DNA of 64,000 bases from Alphaproteobacteria bacterium (lineage in GTDB: Bacteria > Pseudomonadota > Alphaproteobacteria > UBA2966): positions 1,504,001-1,568,000 of the forward strand of contig OZ219856.1 of the NCBI GenBank assembly GCA_964291395.2, read 5' to 3'. The position numbers and the translations under genes are program-made. This document shows, piece after piece, positions 39,665 through 49,975 of this stretch. The notes beneath the pieces were generated by a model. It was not told the origin of the DNA and did not search any database. It was given only the letters and a program-made list of their open reading frames with translations. Every line of letters begins with the position of its first letter. Position 1 is the stretch's first letter.

Positions 39665-40623
39665 TCGTCCCTCACGAGCGGCAGCAACTCCGCCGCGTGC
39701 CGTTCCATCCTGTCGAGAGTCTCCTCGAGAGTCGGACTGAAAAACCTGAAGAACAGCACGCTGCCTCCGAGCTCGCGGAAAAACTCGATGTCGCCCGCCA
39801 TGTCGTCCACCGAGCCCGAGAACAGGTGGCGGCTGCCGTCGGCCGCCTTGAGGTCCTCGCCGAGACCGTGCCACTGGGCCCAGAACCCGAGCCGGATGCT
39901 GGCCGGGTCCCGTCCTCTCTCTGCCGCCATCGCGTGGAGGCGTTCGACGTTGGCCCGATAGAGCGCCCGCGTGTCCATGCGGTTGCGCGGGTTGGTGCCC
40001 ATGGGAAGCCAGCCGTCGCCAAGCTCGACGACGCGCCGAATGGCCGGCGCGCTTTCGCCGCCGATGAAGATCGGCGGATGCGGCTTCTGCACGGGCTTGG
40101 GCTCGAAGATGACGTCCGAGAAGTTCGCGTAGGCGCCGGTCAGCGACGGACTGTCGCTGGTCCACAACTCCTTGAAGGCGCGGAGATACGCGTCCGTGAC
40201 CCTGCCCCGTTCGGCGAAGGGCGGCGCCGCCAGCGCCTCGAATTCTTCCTCCAGCCAACCCACGCCGCAGCCGAGGGTAATCCGCCCGCCCGAAAGAACA
40301 TCCATCGTCGCCAGCATCTTCGCCACCATCACCGGCGGGCGATAGGGCACCACCATCACGGCGGGGATCAGCCTGGGCCTGGTGGTTACGGCCGCCACGA
40401 ACGTCATGACCGTCAAGGAATCCAGAAAGAAGCCCTTTTCCAGAGCGGGCAACCGGCCCGTCTCGCTGGTTGGATGCCGCGACGCGTAGGTCCGCGGCGC
40501 GACGACGTGCTCGGGGAACGCCATGCAGTCGAAGCCGAGCTCTTCGCCGCGAACGGCGACGGTCCGCATGCTCTCGGGATCCGAGATCGGGCTCTGCGTG
40601 TGGAAACCGAAGCCGAATTCCAT
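39661..40623 (-). CDS. LLM class (F420-dependent type) oxidoreductase, paralogue of 7915-8877
   Basis: Same motifs as the 7915 gene, with long near-identical stretches (AKMLATMDVLS, FEPKPVQKPHPPI, RGRDPASIRLGFWAQW). Confidence 0.9.
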   Translation of the reverse strand: MEFGFGFHTQSPISDPESMRTVAVRGEELGFDCMAFPEHVVAPRTYASRHPTSETGRLPALEKGFFLDSLTVMTFVAAVTTRPRLIPAVMVVPYRPPVMVAKMLATMDVLSGGRITLGCGVGWLEEEFEALAAPPFAERGRVTDAYLRAFKELWTSDSPSLTGAYANFSDVIFEPKPVQKPHPPIFIGGESAPAIRRVVELGDGWLPMGTNPRNRMDTRALYRANVERLHAMAAERGRDPASIRLGFWAQWHGLGEDLKAADGSRHLFSGSVDDMAGDIEFFRELGGSVLFFRFFSPTLEETLDRMERHAAELLPLVRDD

Positions 40624-40753
40624 GGAGATTTTCCCACGGGGCAGGACGGCGTGCGCGACCAAGAGCTTTTACGGTTCGTCCGTGGCGAGTCAAATGGCCG
40701 GCGGGTCGGTCCCAGGTCTTTCGGCCGCCGGCGCCGAATATCCCGACTGAACG

Positions 40754-41494
40754 CTATACGAACGCGACGGTAAGTCCGATCACCACCAGCAGCCACAGGG
40801 CCATCAGGCGATAAATCCGATCGGTCGCCCTGCTGAACAGCCGACCGCCTAGGATGATCGCGATCACGAACGGCACCAACAGTACCGCAGACCTCAGGAG
40901 CACGTCGCCGGATATGACGCCCGCAGCCGCCATGGGTATGACCGCCAAGATCGCCTGCACCGTGGACGCGACGGCGATGTTCGCTCGTTTCACGACGGCA
41001 GGCTCATCGGAGGAGATCAGGTAGAGGGTGACCGGAGGTCCGCCGACGCCACCCGCGCCGTTGGCGAAGCCCGACACGACTCCCGCCGCAAAACTTATCC
41101 TGGCGTTCCGCCGGCCGGTGTAGGACCAGCCCCTCAGCATGACCAAAGCCGACACCAGGACGAAACCGCCGATGAACCGGCGCATGACGTCCGGGTCGCC
41201 GGTCACCAACAGATAGGTGCCTACCGGTGTCGCAAAAACGCAGGCGATGGCGATCGGCACGAGGTCCCGCTTGGTGGCATAGGGCAGGACGCCGGGAACC
41301 ATCTGCGCGCCGCCGACCAGCACGGTCAACATCATGATGACCACGGCGTCCACAGGTCCATAGACCAGCGCCAGCAGCGGTGTCATAACCAATCCGGCAC
41401 CGAAGCCCGAAAAGCCCCGCACGGTGCCGGCGAGGATTGCCGCCGCCACGGCAAACGCGAACTGCTCCGTCCAGATGAAATCTAGATACGCCAC
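40754..41494 (-). CDS. TauE/SafE family protein
   Basis: RGFSGFGAGL..P, GVGGPP, KRAN. Confidence 0.87.
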   Translation of the reverse strand: MAYLDFIWTEQFAFAVAAAILAGTVRGFSGFGAGLVMTPLLALVYGPVDAVVIMMLTVLVGGAQMVPGVLPYATKRDLVPIAIACVFATPVGTYLLVTGDPDVMRRFIGGFVLVSALVMLRGWSYTGRRNARISFAAGVVSGFANGAGGVGGPPVTLYLISSDEPAVVKRANIAVASTVQAILAVIPMAAAGVISGDVLLRSAVLLVPFVIAIILGGRLFSRATDRIYRLMALWLLVVIGLTVAFV

Positions 41495-41698
41495 ATCCTG
41501 TCCCGTCCGGTCGGGCCTGCCACGGCCGCGCTTCCGATTGGGGTTTGCCGGTTCGGACTCGGAGAGTCGGAGCCAAACGCATTCGGTGTGCCGTGCATCT
41601 TGCGTGATATGCGCGACCGGAAAATGATGGTCAACCGCTCACCCGGACCGTGAGCCCGCATCGCTCGCAATTACCTTGCATGAGAGGAGTTGAACCTC

Positions 41699-43363
41699 AT
41701 GAAAGCCTCCGATCTGTTCGTGCGCTGCCTCGAAGCCGAGGGTGTCGAGCGGATTTTCGGCGTCCCCGGCGAAGAGAACGCGGATGTCATGATTTCGCTG
41801 CTCGACAGCAGCATCGAGTTCGTCCTGTGCCGCCACGAACAGGCCGCGGCCTTCGCCGCCGACGCCTATGGAAGATTGACCGGCAAATCGGGCGTGTGCC
41901 TCGGCACGCTGGGGCCGGGGGCGACCAACCTCGTCACCGGAGTCGCGGACGCCAACATGGATCGCGCGCCCGTCGTCTGCATCATCGGTCAGGCGAGCAC
42001 GCGGCGGCTACACAAGGAGTCCCACCAGAACATGGACTCCATCGCCATGTACCGCCCGATCAGCAAATGGGCGCACACCATCTGGGATCCGGCCGCCATT
42101 CCCGAGGTGGTTCGCAAGGCCTTCAAACTGGCGGAAGCCGAAAAGCCCGGCGCCGCCGTCATCGAGTTTCCCGAGGACATCGCCGAAGAGGAAGTCGAGG
42201 GTGATCCCATGACCGCCAGGAAGACGCGCCGCCCGGCGGCCGATCACAAGGCGGTTACACAGGCCGTCGACCTCATCGCGGCGGCCGAGAGCCCGATCAT
42301 CCTGGCCGGCAACGGCGCGGTCCGAAAGCGCGCCGCGCACCAACTGCGGCGCTTCGCCCACAAGGCTGGAATCGGCGTGGTCAACACCTTCATGGGCAAG
42401 GGAGCCGTGCCCCGGAAGGACGCGCATTGCCTGTTCACGATGGGCCTGCAAGGTCGCGACTACATCAACGTCGCGATGGATGAATCCGACCTGATCATCG
42501 CGGTGGGGTACGACCTGGTCGAATACGCGCCGGAGTTCTGGAACAAGCACGTCGACAAGAAAATCATCCACATCGATTTCTGGCCGGCCGAGATCGATCA
42601 TCGATATCCGGTGGAGGTCGACATCGCGTCGGACGTCGCGGACGCGCTCTGGCAGATCAACGAGGCTCTCGACGAGCGTTTCGACAATCAGGGCAAGCTG
42701 CCGCTGTTCGACATCGCGGACCGGCGGAAGCTCCGCGACGCCATCCTCGATGACTTCGCGATGGAGAAGGACGATTCGTCGTTCCCGATGAAGCCGCAGA
42801 AAATCCTGTGGGACGTGCGCGAGGTCATGGGTCCGGAGGACATCCTGCTGTCCGACGTCGGAGCGCACAAGATGTGGATCTCACGCTACTACCAGTGCGA
42901 CGAGGCCAACACCTGCCTGATCTCGAACGGCTTCTGTTCCATGGGGTTCGCCCTGCCCGGTGCCATGGGCGCCAAATACGCCCATCCCGACCGAAACGTC
43001 CTGGCCATCAACGGTGACGCCGGCTTCCTGATGAATGTCCAGGACGTCGAGACGCTGGCCCGCTACGAACTGCCGGTCACGATCATGGTCTGGTGCGACG
43101 GCGAGTACGGTCTCATCAAGTGGAAACAGCAAAACGCCTTCGACGGCCGTCACTCGCACCTCGCGTTCAACAACCCGGACTTCGATCACCTGGCGAAAGC
43201 GTTCGGAATCTGGGGAAAATCCGTCTCGTCGTCCGACGAGCTCAAGCCCGCGGTCGAGGAGTCGTTCCGTCAGAACGGTCCCGCCTTGATCGCGGTGCCG
43301 GTGGATTACGGCGAGAACACGAAGCTGACCCGGCGGCTGGGCAACCTCAACTTCTCGATCTGA
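41699..43363 (+). CDS. ThDP-dependent acetolactate synthase large-subunit-like enzyme
   Basis: FGVPGEEN, RHEQ, TLGPGATN, SDVGAHKMW, GDAGFLMN. Confidence 0.9.
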   Translation: MKASDLFVRCLEAEGVERIFGVPGEENADVMISLLDSSIEFVLCRHEQAAAFAADAYGRLTGKSGVCLGTLGPGATNLVTGVADANMDRAPVVCIIGQASTRRLHKESHQNMDSIAMYRPISKWAHTIWDPAAIPEVVRKAFKLAEAEKPGAAVIEFPEDIAEEEVEGDPMTARKTRRPAADHKAVTQAVDLIAAAESPIILAGNGAVRKRAAHQLRRFAHKAGIGVVNTFMGKGAVPRKDAHCLFTMGLQGRDYINVAMDESDLIIAVGYDLVEYAPEFWNKHVDKKIIHIDFWPAEIDHRYPVEVDIASDVADALWQINEALDERFDNQGKLPLFDIADRRKLRDAILDDFAMEKDDSSFPMKPQKILWDVREVMGPEDILLSDVGAHKMWISRYYQCDEANTCLISNGFCSMGFALPGAMGAKYAHPDRNVLAINGDAGFLMNVQDVETLARYELPVTIMVWCDGEYGLIKWKQQNAFDGRHSHLAFNNPDFDHLAKAFGIWGKSVSSSDELKPAVEESFRQNGPALIAVPVDYGENTKLTRRLGNLNFSI

Positions 43364-43383
43364 CGACGCCCGTCGGCGCCGCG

Positions 43384-43845
43384 CTAAATCCGGCGCTCGC
43401 TCGCCTCGACAAGGTGGCAGCCGTTAATGCGCCAGGAACCGTCGGGCTGGCGCTCCATGGGGTAAAGCGCCATCACGGCGTCTCCGTCCTGCCCCTCGAA
43501 GTAGACGGACTGCACCGGGCCTACATCTTCCACGTGACGGAGTTCGCGGAATTCCACCACCGAGGGCCGGTAGACCTGCCGATAGCCCCGCCTGACCATG
43601 ATCATGAAGCGCTCGGGCGTGACGAAGGTGTGTCGGATGCCCGGCGCGGCGAGTCCGAAGGCCGCCTCGGCGTCATCGCGCCGAAAAGCCTCGAGCTGCT
43701 CCTCGATCACCGCCCGGATCGCGTCGCGGTCGGCCCGCGTCAGGGTCCCGGCCACCGGGTTCGAGTCCGCGGATGCCGCCGGCGCCGCAGTGTTGAACAG
43801 CAGCAGAACGGCGGCGGCGGAAATCAGTCTTCGCAACCGGATCAT
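43384..43845 (-). CDS. DUF4864 domain secreted protein
   Basis: Signal peptide; IRAVIEEQLEAFRRDD..AF..A.P.I...F..MVRRGY...WRINGC. Confidence 0.85.
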   Translation of the reverse strand: MIRLRRLISAAAVLLLFNTAAPAASADSNPVAGTLTRADRDAIRAVIEEQLEAFRRDDAEAAFGLAAPGIRHTFVTPERFMIMVRRGYRQVYRPSVVEFRELRHVEDVGPVQSVYFEGQDGDAVMALYPMERQPDGSWRINGCHLVEASERRI

Positions 43846-43983
43846 GCCATCTGGCCCGTTGCGGACAACCTGTGCATCCTAACGACGATGGTCCCGCCTG
43901 TCTCCCCGCGGGCGCCCGGACGGTGGGACTAGGCGGGACTTGGCGGGACTTGGCGAAACTCCGGCCCTCCACGGCGGGCTCGC

Positions 43984-45588
43984 TCAGCCCCCGCGGCGAG
44001 CCGGCCGGCGAATGAGAAAGCAGGCGAGCGTGGCGATCACGAACACGACCCCGATGCCGTAGAACATGTCGTTGTAGGCCATGATGAGCGACTCCCGCTC
44101 TACGAGCGTATCGAGAGCCGCGACGGCCTGGTCCCGCGCCTGCTGCAGGTCGCCCGTGTAGTCGAGAAAACGTTGCGTGAGCAGCTCCAGACGGGATGCC
44201 GTCTCCGGGTCCGCGGACGACACGTGCTCGCTGACGTGGTCCGCGTGAAACTCGGAACGCCGGACGATCCCCGTCTTGAGGGACGCGATGGCGATCGCTC
44301 CGGCGAGGTCCCGGGTCCAATTGATCAAGGCTGCCGCCGACCCCTGGTTGGACGCCTCCATCGCCGCCGTGGCGACTGCCGCCACCACCACCATGATGAA
44401 GGGCTGGCCGAAACCGCGGATCACGTTGATGACCATCAGGTCCCAGTATCCGGTGTCGTAGCTCATGCCGACGTTGAGGAAACAGCTCGCGGCGAACAGG
44501 GCGCAGCCGAATCCCATCAACATCCGGTTGTCGACCCGGGGTATCAACCACAGCACCAGGAGTCCCGAGACGAACTGCGGGAACCCGATCCACATCAGGA
44601 CGGTGCCGACCTGTCCCGCGGTGTACTGAGGAACCTGGATCAGATACAGCGCGACCGTGAATTGCGCTCCGAACACCCCCACCCCGAAGGCGGCGGCGAC
44701 GATGCAGCACAAGAGGAAATCGCGTCGGGCATAAAGTCGGAGGTTGATGTAAGGGTCGCGATGGAAGAGCTGGACGAGCAGGAAAACGGTGAGCAGCACC
44801 GCTGAAATCATCGCCAAACGCGTGATGAACTGCGATTCGAACCAGTCGTTGCGATTGCCTTCCTCCAGCACGACGATCAGCAGCAGCAGGCCCGTCGCCA
44901 TGAACATGATGCTCAGCCAATTGACCCTCCGCAGCAGCGCAAGCTGGCGGGGCGACGGGTCGAGACAGATGAAAAGCGCCGCCAGGACGAACGCCGACGG
45001 GATCAACTGCACGTAAAACACCAGGGTCCAGGAGAACTCCTCGGTCAACCAACCGCCGAGCGCCGGCCCCAGCGACGGGGCGAGGGCGATGGCGATCCCC
45101 CAAAACATGAAAGCGACCGGCCGCTTCGCCACCGGCAGGGTGATCAGCACGATGTACATGGACATCGGGATGAGCGCGCCGCCGAAAAAGCCGCTGATGA
45201 AGCGCATGCCGATCATCGCCTCGAGGTTCCAGGCCAGTGCGCAGCCCACGACCGAAATCATGAACAACGCGATGTTCCAGACCACGTAGGTCCGCACCGA
45301 GAAGACACGCACGAACCAGCCGGTGAGCGGCATGGAGACGAGCGAAGATGCGACGTAGGCGGTGGTGATCCAGGAGGCTTCGGTCAGAGTCGCCGACAGG
45401 GCTCCCTGGATCTCACGCAGCGAGGCATTGGTAATCTGGATGTTGAGCACGGCGACGAACGAACCGGCAATGGCGCCGAAAACGGCAATCCATTGACGGA
45501 GCGTGACGTTCTCCCGCTCCGCCGATTCCGAAGACCGTGTTGCCGTTGACCCCTCCGGTGCGCTTTCCGCCACCGCGGACGGCGTCAA
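43984..45588 (-). CDS. DHA2 family MFS efflux permease (EmrB-like)
   Basis: LNIQITNASL..IQGAL, WITTAY, APSLGPALGGWLT, LEEGNRNDWF. Confidence 0.9.
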   Translation of the reverse strand: MTPSAVAESAPEGSTATRSSESAERENVTLRQWIAVFGAIAGSFVAVLNIQITNASLREIQGALSATLTEASWITTAYVASSLVSMPLTGWFVRVFSVRTYVVWNIALFMISVVGCALAWNLEAMIGMRFISGFFGGALIPMSMYIVLITLPVAKRPVAFMFWGIAIALAPSLGPALGGWLTEEFSWTLVFYVQLIPSAFVLAALFICLDPSPRQLALLRRVNWLSIMFMATGLLLLIVVLEEGNRNDWFESQFITRLAMISAVLLTVFLLVQLFHRDPYINLRLYARRDFLLCCIVAAAFGVGVFGAQFTVALYLIQVPQYTAGQVGTVLMWIGFPQFVSGLLVLWLIPRVDNRMLMGFGCALFAASCFLNVGMSYDTGYWDLMVINVIRGFGQPFIMVVVAAVATAAMEASNQGSAAALINWTRDLAGAIAIASLKTGIVRRSEFHADHVSEHVSSADPETASRLELLTQRFLDYTGDLQQARDQAVAALDTLVERESLIMAYNDMFYGIGVVFVIATLACFLIRRPARRGG

Positions 45589-46694
45589 TTGCCACCCTCC
45601 CGCGTCGTCGCATCGGCCGCCAAGTCACGGAGGCCGCGTGCCGAGCGCTTGCGCTGCGCCTCGGTCCGCGTGTCGACCCGGGTAACCACCGACATTCCCG
45701 GCCGCAACCGGCCTTCCAAGGCGTGCCCGGGCTCCAGAACGATCTTCACGGGAATGCGCTGAACGACCTTGGTGTAATTGCCCGTCGCGTTATCGGGGGG
45801 CAGCAGGCTGAATTGGGACCCGCTGGCAGGCGACACGCTGTCGACACGGCCCTGCACGGTCACGCCCGGAAAGGTGTCGACCTCCACCACCACCTGTTGA
45901 CCGGGCTTCATCCGGGTGAGCTGCGTTTCCTTGTAGTTGGCAACGATCCAAACGTCCCGCAGGGGAACGACCGCGGCGAGCCTTGCGCCGGGCCGCACGT
46001 ATTCCCCCCGTTCGACCCGGAGATTGCCGACGACGCCGGAAGCGGGCGCGTTGACGACCGTGTGGCGGAGGTTGATTTCGGCCAGGGTCAGTTCCGCCTC
46101 GGACCGCTGGATCTCGGCCTCGACTTCGGCCCTTCCGGAGTCGATGACCGCGCGTTGCCGTTTCTCCGCCGTAAGGCGCGCCCCCGCGCGCGCGACTTCG
46201 GCCTCCGCGCCGCGTTCTTCCGCCACCGCGTCGTCGTGACGCCGTCGGCTGGCCCATCCCTGGTCGGCCAGGGCGTCTGCGCGCCTGAGTTCCTTGCGGC
46301 TTCGGTCGGCGTTGGCCTGCGCCGCGCGGACCGAAGCCGCGGCCTCGTTGATGAGAGCGGTCTGAAGCGCCCGCCGCTGGTCGAGGTTGGCGAGGGCGGC
46401 CCGCTTCTCGGCAAGTTCCGCCCGGGCCCGCGCGACTTCCGCCCGGAAGGAAGAGTCCTCGATGCGCAGGAGAACGTCGCCGGAGGCCACGGAGACGTTG
46501 TCGTCGACGAGGACCTCGGAGACGTACCCGCCGACCTTCGGGCTGACCGCCGTGATGTCGGCGTGGATGAACGCATTGTCGGTCTTTTCGACGAACCGCC
46601 CGGTCAGCCACCATTGCCAGCCGAATACGGCGCCGCCACCCAGCGCCGCCAGGACGAGTATCACGATCAGAAACGACCGCACCCCACGCTTCAT
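45585..46694 (-). CDS. HlyD family secretion protein (EmrA-like)
   Basis: TDNAFI, ANYKETQL, FSLLPPDNATGNYTKVVQRIPV. Confidence 0.92.
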   Translation of the reverse strand: MKRGVRSFLIVILVLAALGGGAVFGWQWWLTGRFVEKTDNAFIHADITAVSPKVGGYVSEVLVDDNVSVASGDVLLRIEDSSFRAEVARARAELAEKRAALANLDQRRALQTALINEAAASVRAAQANADRSRKELRRADALADQGWASRRRHDDAVAEERGAEAEVARAGARLTAEKRQRAVIDSGRAEVEAEIQRSEAELTLAEINLRHTVVNAPASGVVGNLRVERGEYVRPGARLAAVVPLRDVWIVANYKETQLTRMKPGQQVVVEVDTFPGVTVQGRVDSVSPASGSQFSLLPPDNATGNYTKVVQRIPVKIVLEPGHALEGRLRPGMSVVTRVDTRTEAQRKRSARGLRDLAADATTREGGN

Positions 46695-47061
46695 GCCTCT
46701 ACACCCGCTGTCATGCTCCCCCCTGGCGCCGCACCGCTCCGGACGGCCCATCTTAACCGACTTCCGCGCCGGCGTGCCCCCGACCGGCCGATAGCACGCG
46801 GCGTCCGGTCATGCCAGACGAGAATCGGGGTCCGATCCCGGCGTGCTCTTCCGTTGATAGGTCGAAGCCGACATACTCCGTCGCGGTCATTCTCCCGGTC
46901 GTCCATCGGGACGCATGCGCGACTCCGCGTCGGGGGCAGGAGCAACCGGCCAGGACCAGGTCACGTGCGGGAAGAGGCGGAGAAAGCCTGCAGACGGAGA
47001 AAGGCTGAGGCAACTTAAAACCTCGGAGCACAAACGCCCCGAAGCATGGGAAGGAAATGGG

Positions 47062-48555
47062 ATGGACGCCGCCCCTCGCCAGGAACGCATGTCGGAAGGC
47101 GCCGCCGTCAGGTCGCGTCTCGATCATCCCGTCATCGACACGGACGGACATTTCATCGAGATCGAGCCGATCCTGATCGACTACATCCGGGACGTCTGCG
47201 GCGCCGACCTCGCCGGACGCTATCGCGAGATGGTCGGCGATGGGCGCTTCTGGGCCTGGTACCACATGTCACCGGAGGAACGCCGTCACAAGCGCGTCAA
47301 CCGCCCGCCCTTCTGGGCCTTGCCCACCGCGAACTCCGCCGACCGGGCGGCGGCCATGATTCCCGGCGCCTGGCGCGCCAGGATGGACGAGTTCGGCATC
47401 GACCTCACTCTCGCCTATCCGACGATCTGTCTCATGCTCATGGGCATTGCCGACGACGAGATGCGGCGGGGCTTCATCCGTGCCGCCAACGTCATGACGG
47501 CGGATCTCTACCGGGGGTACGAGGACCGCATCGTTCCGGCCGCGACCATCCCGACCAATACCCCCGAAGAGGCCATCGAGGAACTCGAATTCGCGGTCAA
47601 CGGGCTCGGCATGAAGCTCGCCATGGTGAACGGCATCGTCCGGCGTCCCGCAGGTGCGACCAGCGCGGGGCTTCGCGCCATGTCGGCCGAGGAGAACTCG
47701 TACTGGGTCGACCCGTTGGGTCTCGACAGCGAGTACGACTACGACCCCTTCTGGGCGAAATGCGTCGAACTCGGCATAGCACCCACCATGCACAGCCACG
47801 CCATCGGCCTGTCCCATCGCACGTCCATCTCGAGCTACAACTACAATCATATCGGTCACTTCGCCGATGCCTCCGAAACGTCGGCGAAAGCCCTCTTCCT
47901 GGGCGGCGTCACGCGGCGCTTTCCGGAACTCAACGTCGGATTCCTGGAGTGCGGAGTCGGCTGGGCGGTCGCTCTCTACCACGGCCTGATGGAGCACTGG
48001 GAGAAGCGCAATCTCGGGGCCATGAAAGCCAATCTCGACCCGGCCAGGATCGACCAGCGGGCATTGGTCGAATACGCCGAGCGCTACGGCGACGAGCGCA
48101 TCGTCAGGAAGGTCCGCGAGACGGGCTCCCTGGACGGTCCGGAGTATTTCATCCAACCCGAGGACCCCGGCGATCTGGACGAGTGGGCCGCCTGCGCCGT
48201 CCGGACGAAGCAGGACATCCGCGATCTCTTCGTGCCCCGTTTCTACTTCGGCTGCGAGGCGGACGACAGGGGTGTCGCCTGGGCCTTCGACACCCGAGTC
48301 AACGCGCTCGGCGCCCGACTCAACGCCATGTTCAGCTCCGACATCGGTCACTGGGACGTGCAGGACGCCTCGAAGGTGCTGGCGGAGGCCTACGAACTCG
48401 TCGAGCGCGAGGTCGTGACGATCGACGACTTCCGGGACTTCACCTTCACGAATACGGTTCGCCTCCACGGCGGCATGAACCCCCGGTTTTTCGAAGGCAC
48501 CGTGATAGCGGACGAGGCGGCGGGCCTCCTCGTCCAGCCGAGGGCCGCGGAATAG
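47062..48555 (+). CDS. Amidohydrolase 2 family protein
   Basis: PVIDTDGH, YDPFW, GGVTRRFP.L...FLE.G, FSSDIGHWD. Confidence 0.87.
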   Translation: MDAAPRQERMSEGAAVRSRLDHPVIDTDGHFIEIEPILIDYIRDVCGADLAGRYREMVGDGRFWAWYHMSPEERRHKRVNRPPFWALPTANSADRAAAMIPGAWRARMDEFGIDLTLAYPTICLMLMGIADDEMRRGFIRAANVMTADLYRGYEDRIVPAATIPTNTPEEAIEELEFAVNGLGMKLAMVNGIVRRPAGATSAGLRAMSAEENSYWVDPLGLDSEYDYDPFWAKCVELGIAPTMHSHAIGLSHRTSISSYNYNHIGHFADASETSAKALFLGGVTRRFPELNVGFLECGVGWAVALYHGLMEHWEKRNLGAMKANLDPARIDQRALVEYAERYGDERIVRKVRETGSLDGPEYFIQPEDPGDLDEWAACAVRTKQDIRDLFVPRFYFGCEADDRGVAWAFDTRVNALGARLNAMFSSDIGHWDVQDASKVLAEAYELVEREVVTIDDFRDFTFTNTVRLHGGMNPRFFEGTVIADEAAGLLVQPRAAE

Positions 48556-48616
48556 GGCGGCGACTCACCGCCCGTTCGCACCGGCCCGCCCGTCATCCGC
48601 TTCTCGGGAAACACCC

Positions 48617-48743
48617 CGGCCGCCGGCGCTTCTATCCGGGGTTGGGCGAGACGCCTTTCCCCTTGTTGACGGGACGCGCCTTCTGGGCCGTCCGCTTGAT
48701 GACGTCGAGGTTCCTCATGGCCCGGCGTGCCGCCCGTCCCCCG
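48617..48743. repeat. 127-bp direct repeat, copy 1 (3' end of the 49990-50394 gene plus 15 bp of flank)
   Basis: Matches 49975-50101 with 3 mismatches; offset 1358 bp. Confidence 0.93.
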
Positions 48744-49014
48744 AGCCGGGGGTTGTCGTTCGCCGCCATGCCGCGCATGACGGCAACCCCGCGATCCCCG
48801 CTCTCCGGCATCCCTTCGCGCCTCCCGCAACACCACGCTCCCGGGAGTCCATTTGGACCCGAGATTCGGTCATGTCGAACGGGACAGATAGGGGATTTCC
48901 TGCATGGAATCACACACTTGCGTAGCTCAGGGGAGTCATGGCCGGACAGGCGGTGCCTGGCGTGCGATCAAAAAACTTCTGCGATGCGCGTTCACGGAGT
49001 ACACCGGGCATCTT

Positions 49015-49434
49015 CTAGGCCGTCCACGGGTCGACAGTCTTCAATCCCGCCGCCTCGAACGGCGCGGTGTCCCGCGTCGCCACCATCGTGCCGTTGGCCG
49101 CGGCTGTCGCCGCAATGTAACCGTCGGACACCGGGATCGTCCGTCCCTCGGACCGCGCTTTCGCCATCAGGTCCGCATAGGCCTGCGAGGCCGCGAGATC
49201 GAAGACCAGCACTCGCCCGGCGAACATTGGCAGGACCTGCCCCTCGAGATCCTCGTCCAGTCGATCACGGCGGCGGCCGGCCGGCAGCGACCGGATCCCG
49301 AAGCGCAGTTCGGCGACGGTGATGGCGGACAAATACAGCGTTTCCAACGCCTGGGCGTCGAGCCATGCGGCGACGCGCGGCTCCGGAGCCCTGCGCAGCG
49401 GCTCCGACACCACGTTGGTGTCCACCAGAATCAT
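49015..49434 (-). CDS. vapC: VapC/FitB PIN-domain toxin
   Basis: MILVDTNVVSE...SAITVAELRFG...SDGYIAATA...ATRD..PF......DPW. Confidence 0.93.
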   Translation of the reverse strand: MILVDTNVVSEPLRRAPEPRVAAWLDAQALETLYLSAITVAELRFGIRSLPAGRRRDRLDEDLEGQVLPMFAGRVLVFDLAASQAYADLMAKARSEGRTIPVSDGYIAATAAANGTMVATRDTAPFEAAGLKTVDPWTA

Positions 49435-49682
49435 TCCAGATCGATCGGTCGGGCCGGAGCGGTGTCGCGTTGCGCGAAGCCCGCGAACTCCTCGTCCGTC
49501 AACCCGGCGCGTCGGCCGACTGCGGTCAGCAGCGTTCCCAGCGCGGCCCGCCCTTCCGGCAGCACCGTTTCCGCCAGGATGGCGCGCACCTCGGCCTCGG
49601 TGCTGCGGCCCCGCAGGGCGGCCCGCACGCGCAGGGCGCGATGCACCTCGTCGGGAAGGTTGCGCACGGTCAGCATGGCCAT
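49431..49682 (-). CDS. FitA/StbC-like ribbon-helix-helix antitoxin
   Basis: MAMLTVRNLPDEVHRALRVRAA..GRSTEAEVRAIL; ATGA overlap with the toxin. Confidence 0.92.
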   Translation of the reverse strand: MAMLTVRNLPDEVHRALRVRAALRGRSTEAEVRAILAETVLPEGRAALGTLLTAVGRRAGLTDEEFAGFAQRDTAPARPIDLE

Positions 49683-49780
49683 AGTCGATTACCCATGATG
49701 CTTTCGATGCATGCAATATAGACTTATGAAGGCGTCCTGACAAACGCACGCGCCTTCGCGGTCCCGTCGAAGAGATCACG

Positions 49781-49975
49781 TCATTTGTTTGCCGCCTCCT
49801 CATGCATGGTGGGGAACCGACCGGCGGAAGACGTCCTGGCCCACCCATATCGGTGCATGATGACTGCCAGCTTCCTGGCGACTGCGACGACGGCCTTCTT
49901 GTGTCCCCGGCGCCGCGCCACGCGCATCCCCCAGCTCTTGAGGGCCGATGGCCGCGCGCTTCGCCTGAGCAGCAC
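49781..49975 (-). mobile_element. IS110 family transposase C-terminal fragment
   Basis: [33 protein letters not shown]. Confidence 0.8.

Noticed and set aside
38573-40693. 706-aa ORF as a single fused protein
   Set aside because: Its N-terminal half is an alternate frame of the LLM gene. The real Gfo/Idh/MocA gene starts at TTG 39664.
43925-43952. Short tandem GGCGGGACTT repeats
   Set aside because: About 2.5 units with no spacers; not CRISPR, and likely replication slippage.
47046-49322. Long Arg/Pro-rich ORFs (758 aa here; also 33972-35771, 34328-35902, 43673-45103)
   Set aside because: These are shadow frames of high-GC genes with no family motifs, except the final approximately 45 codons of 33972-35771, which are the TauE relic.
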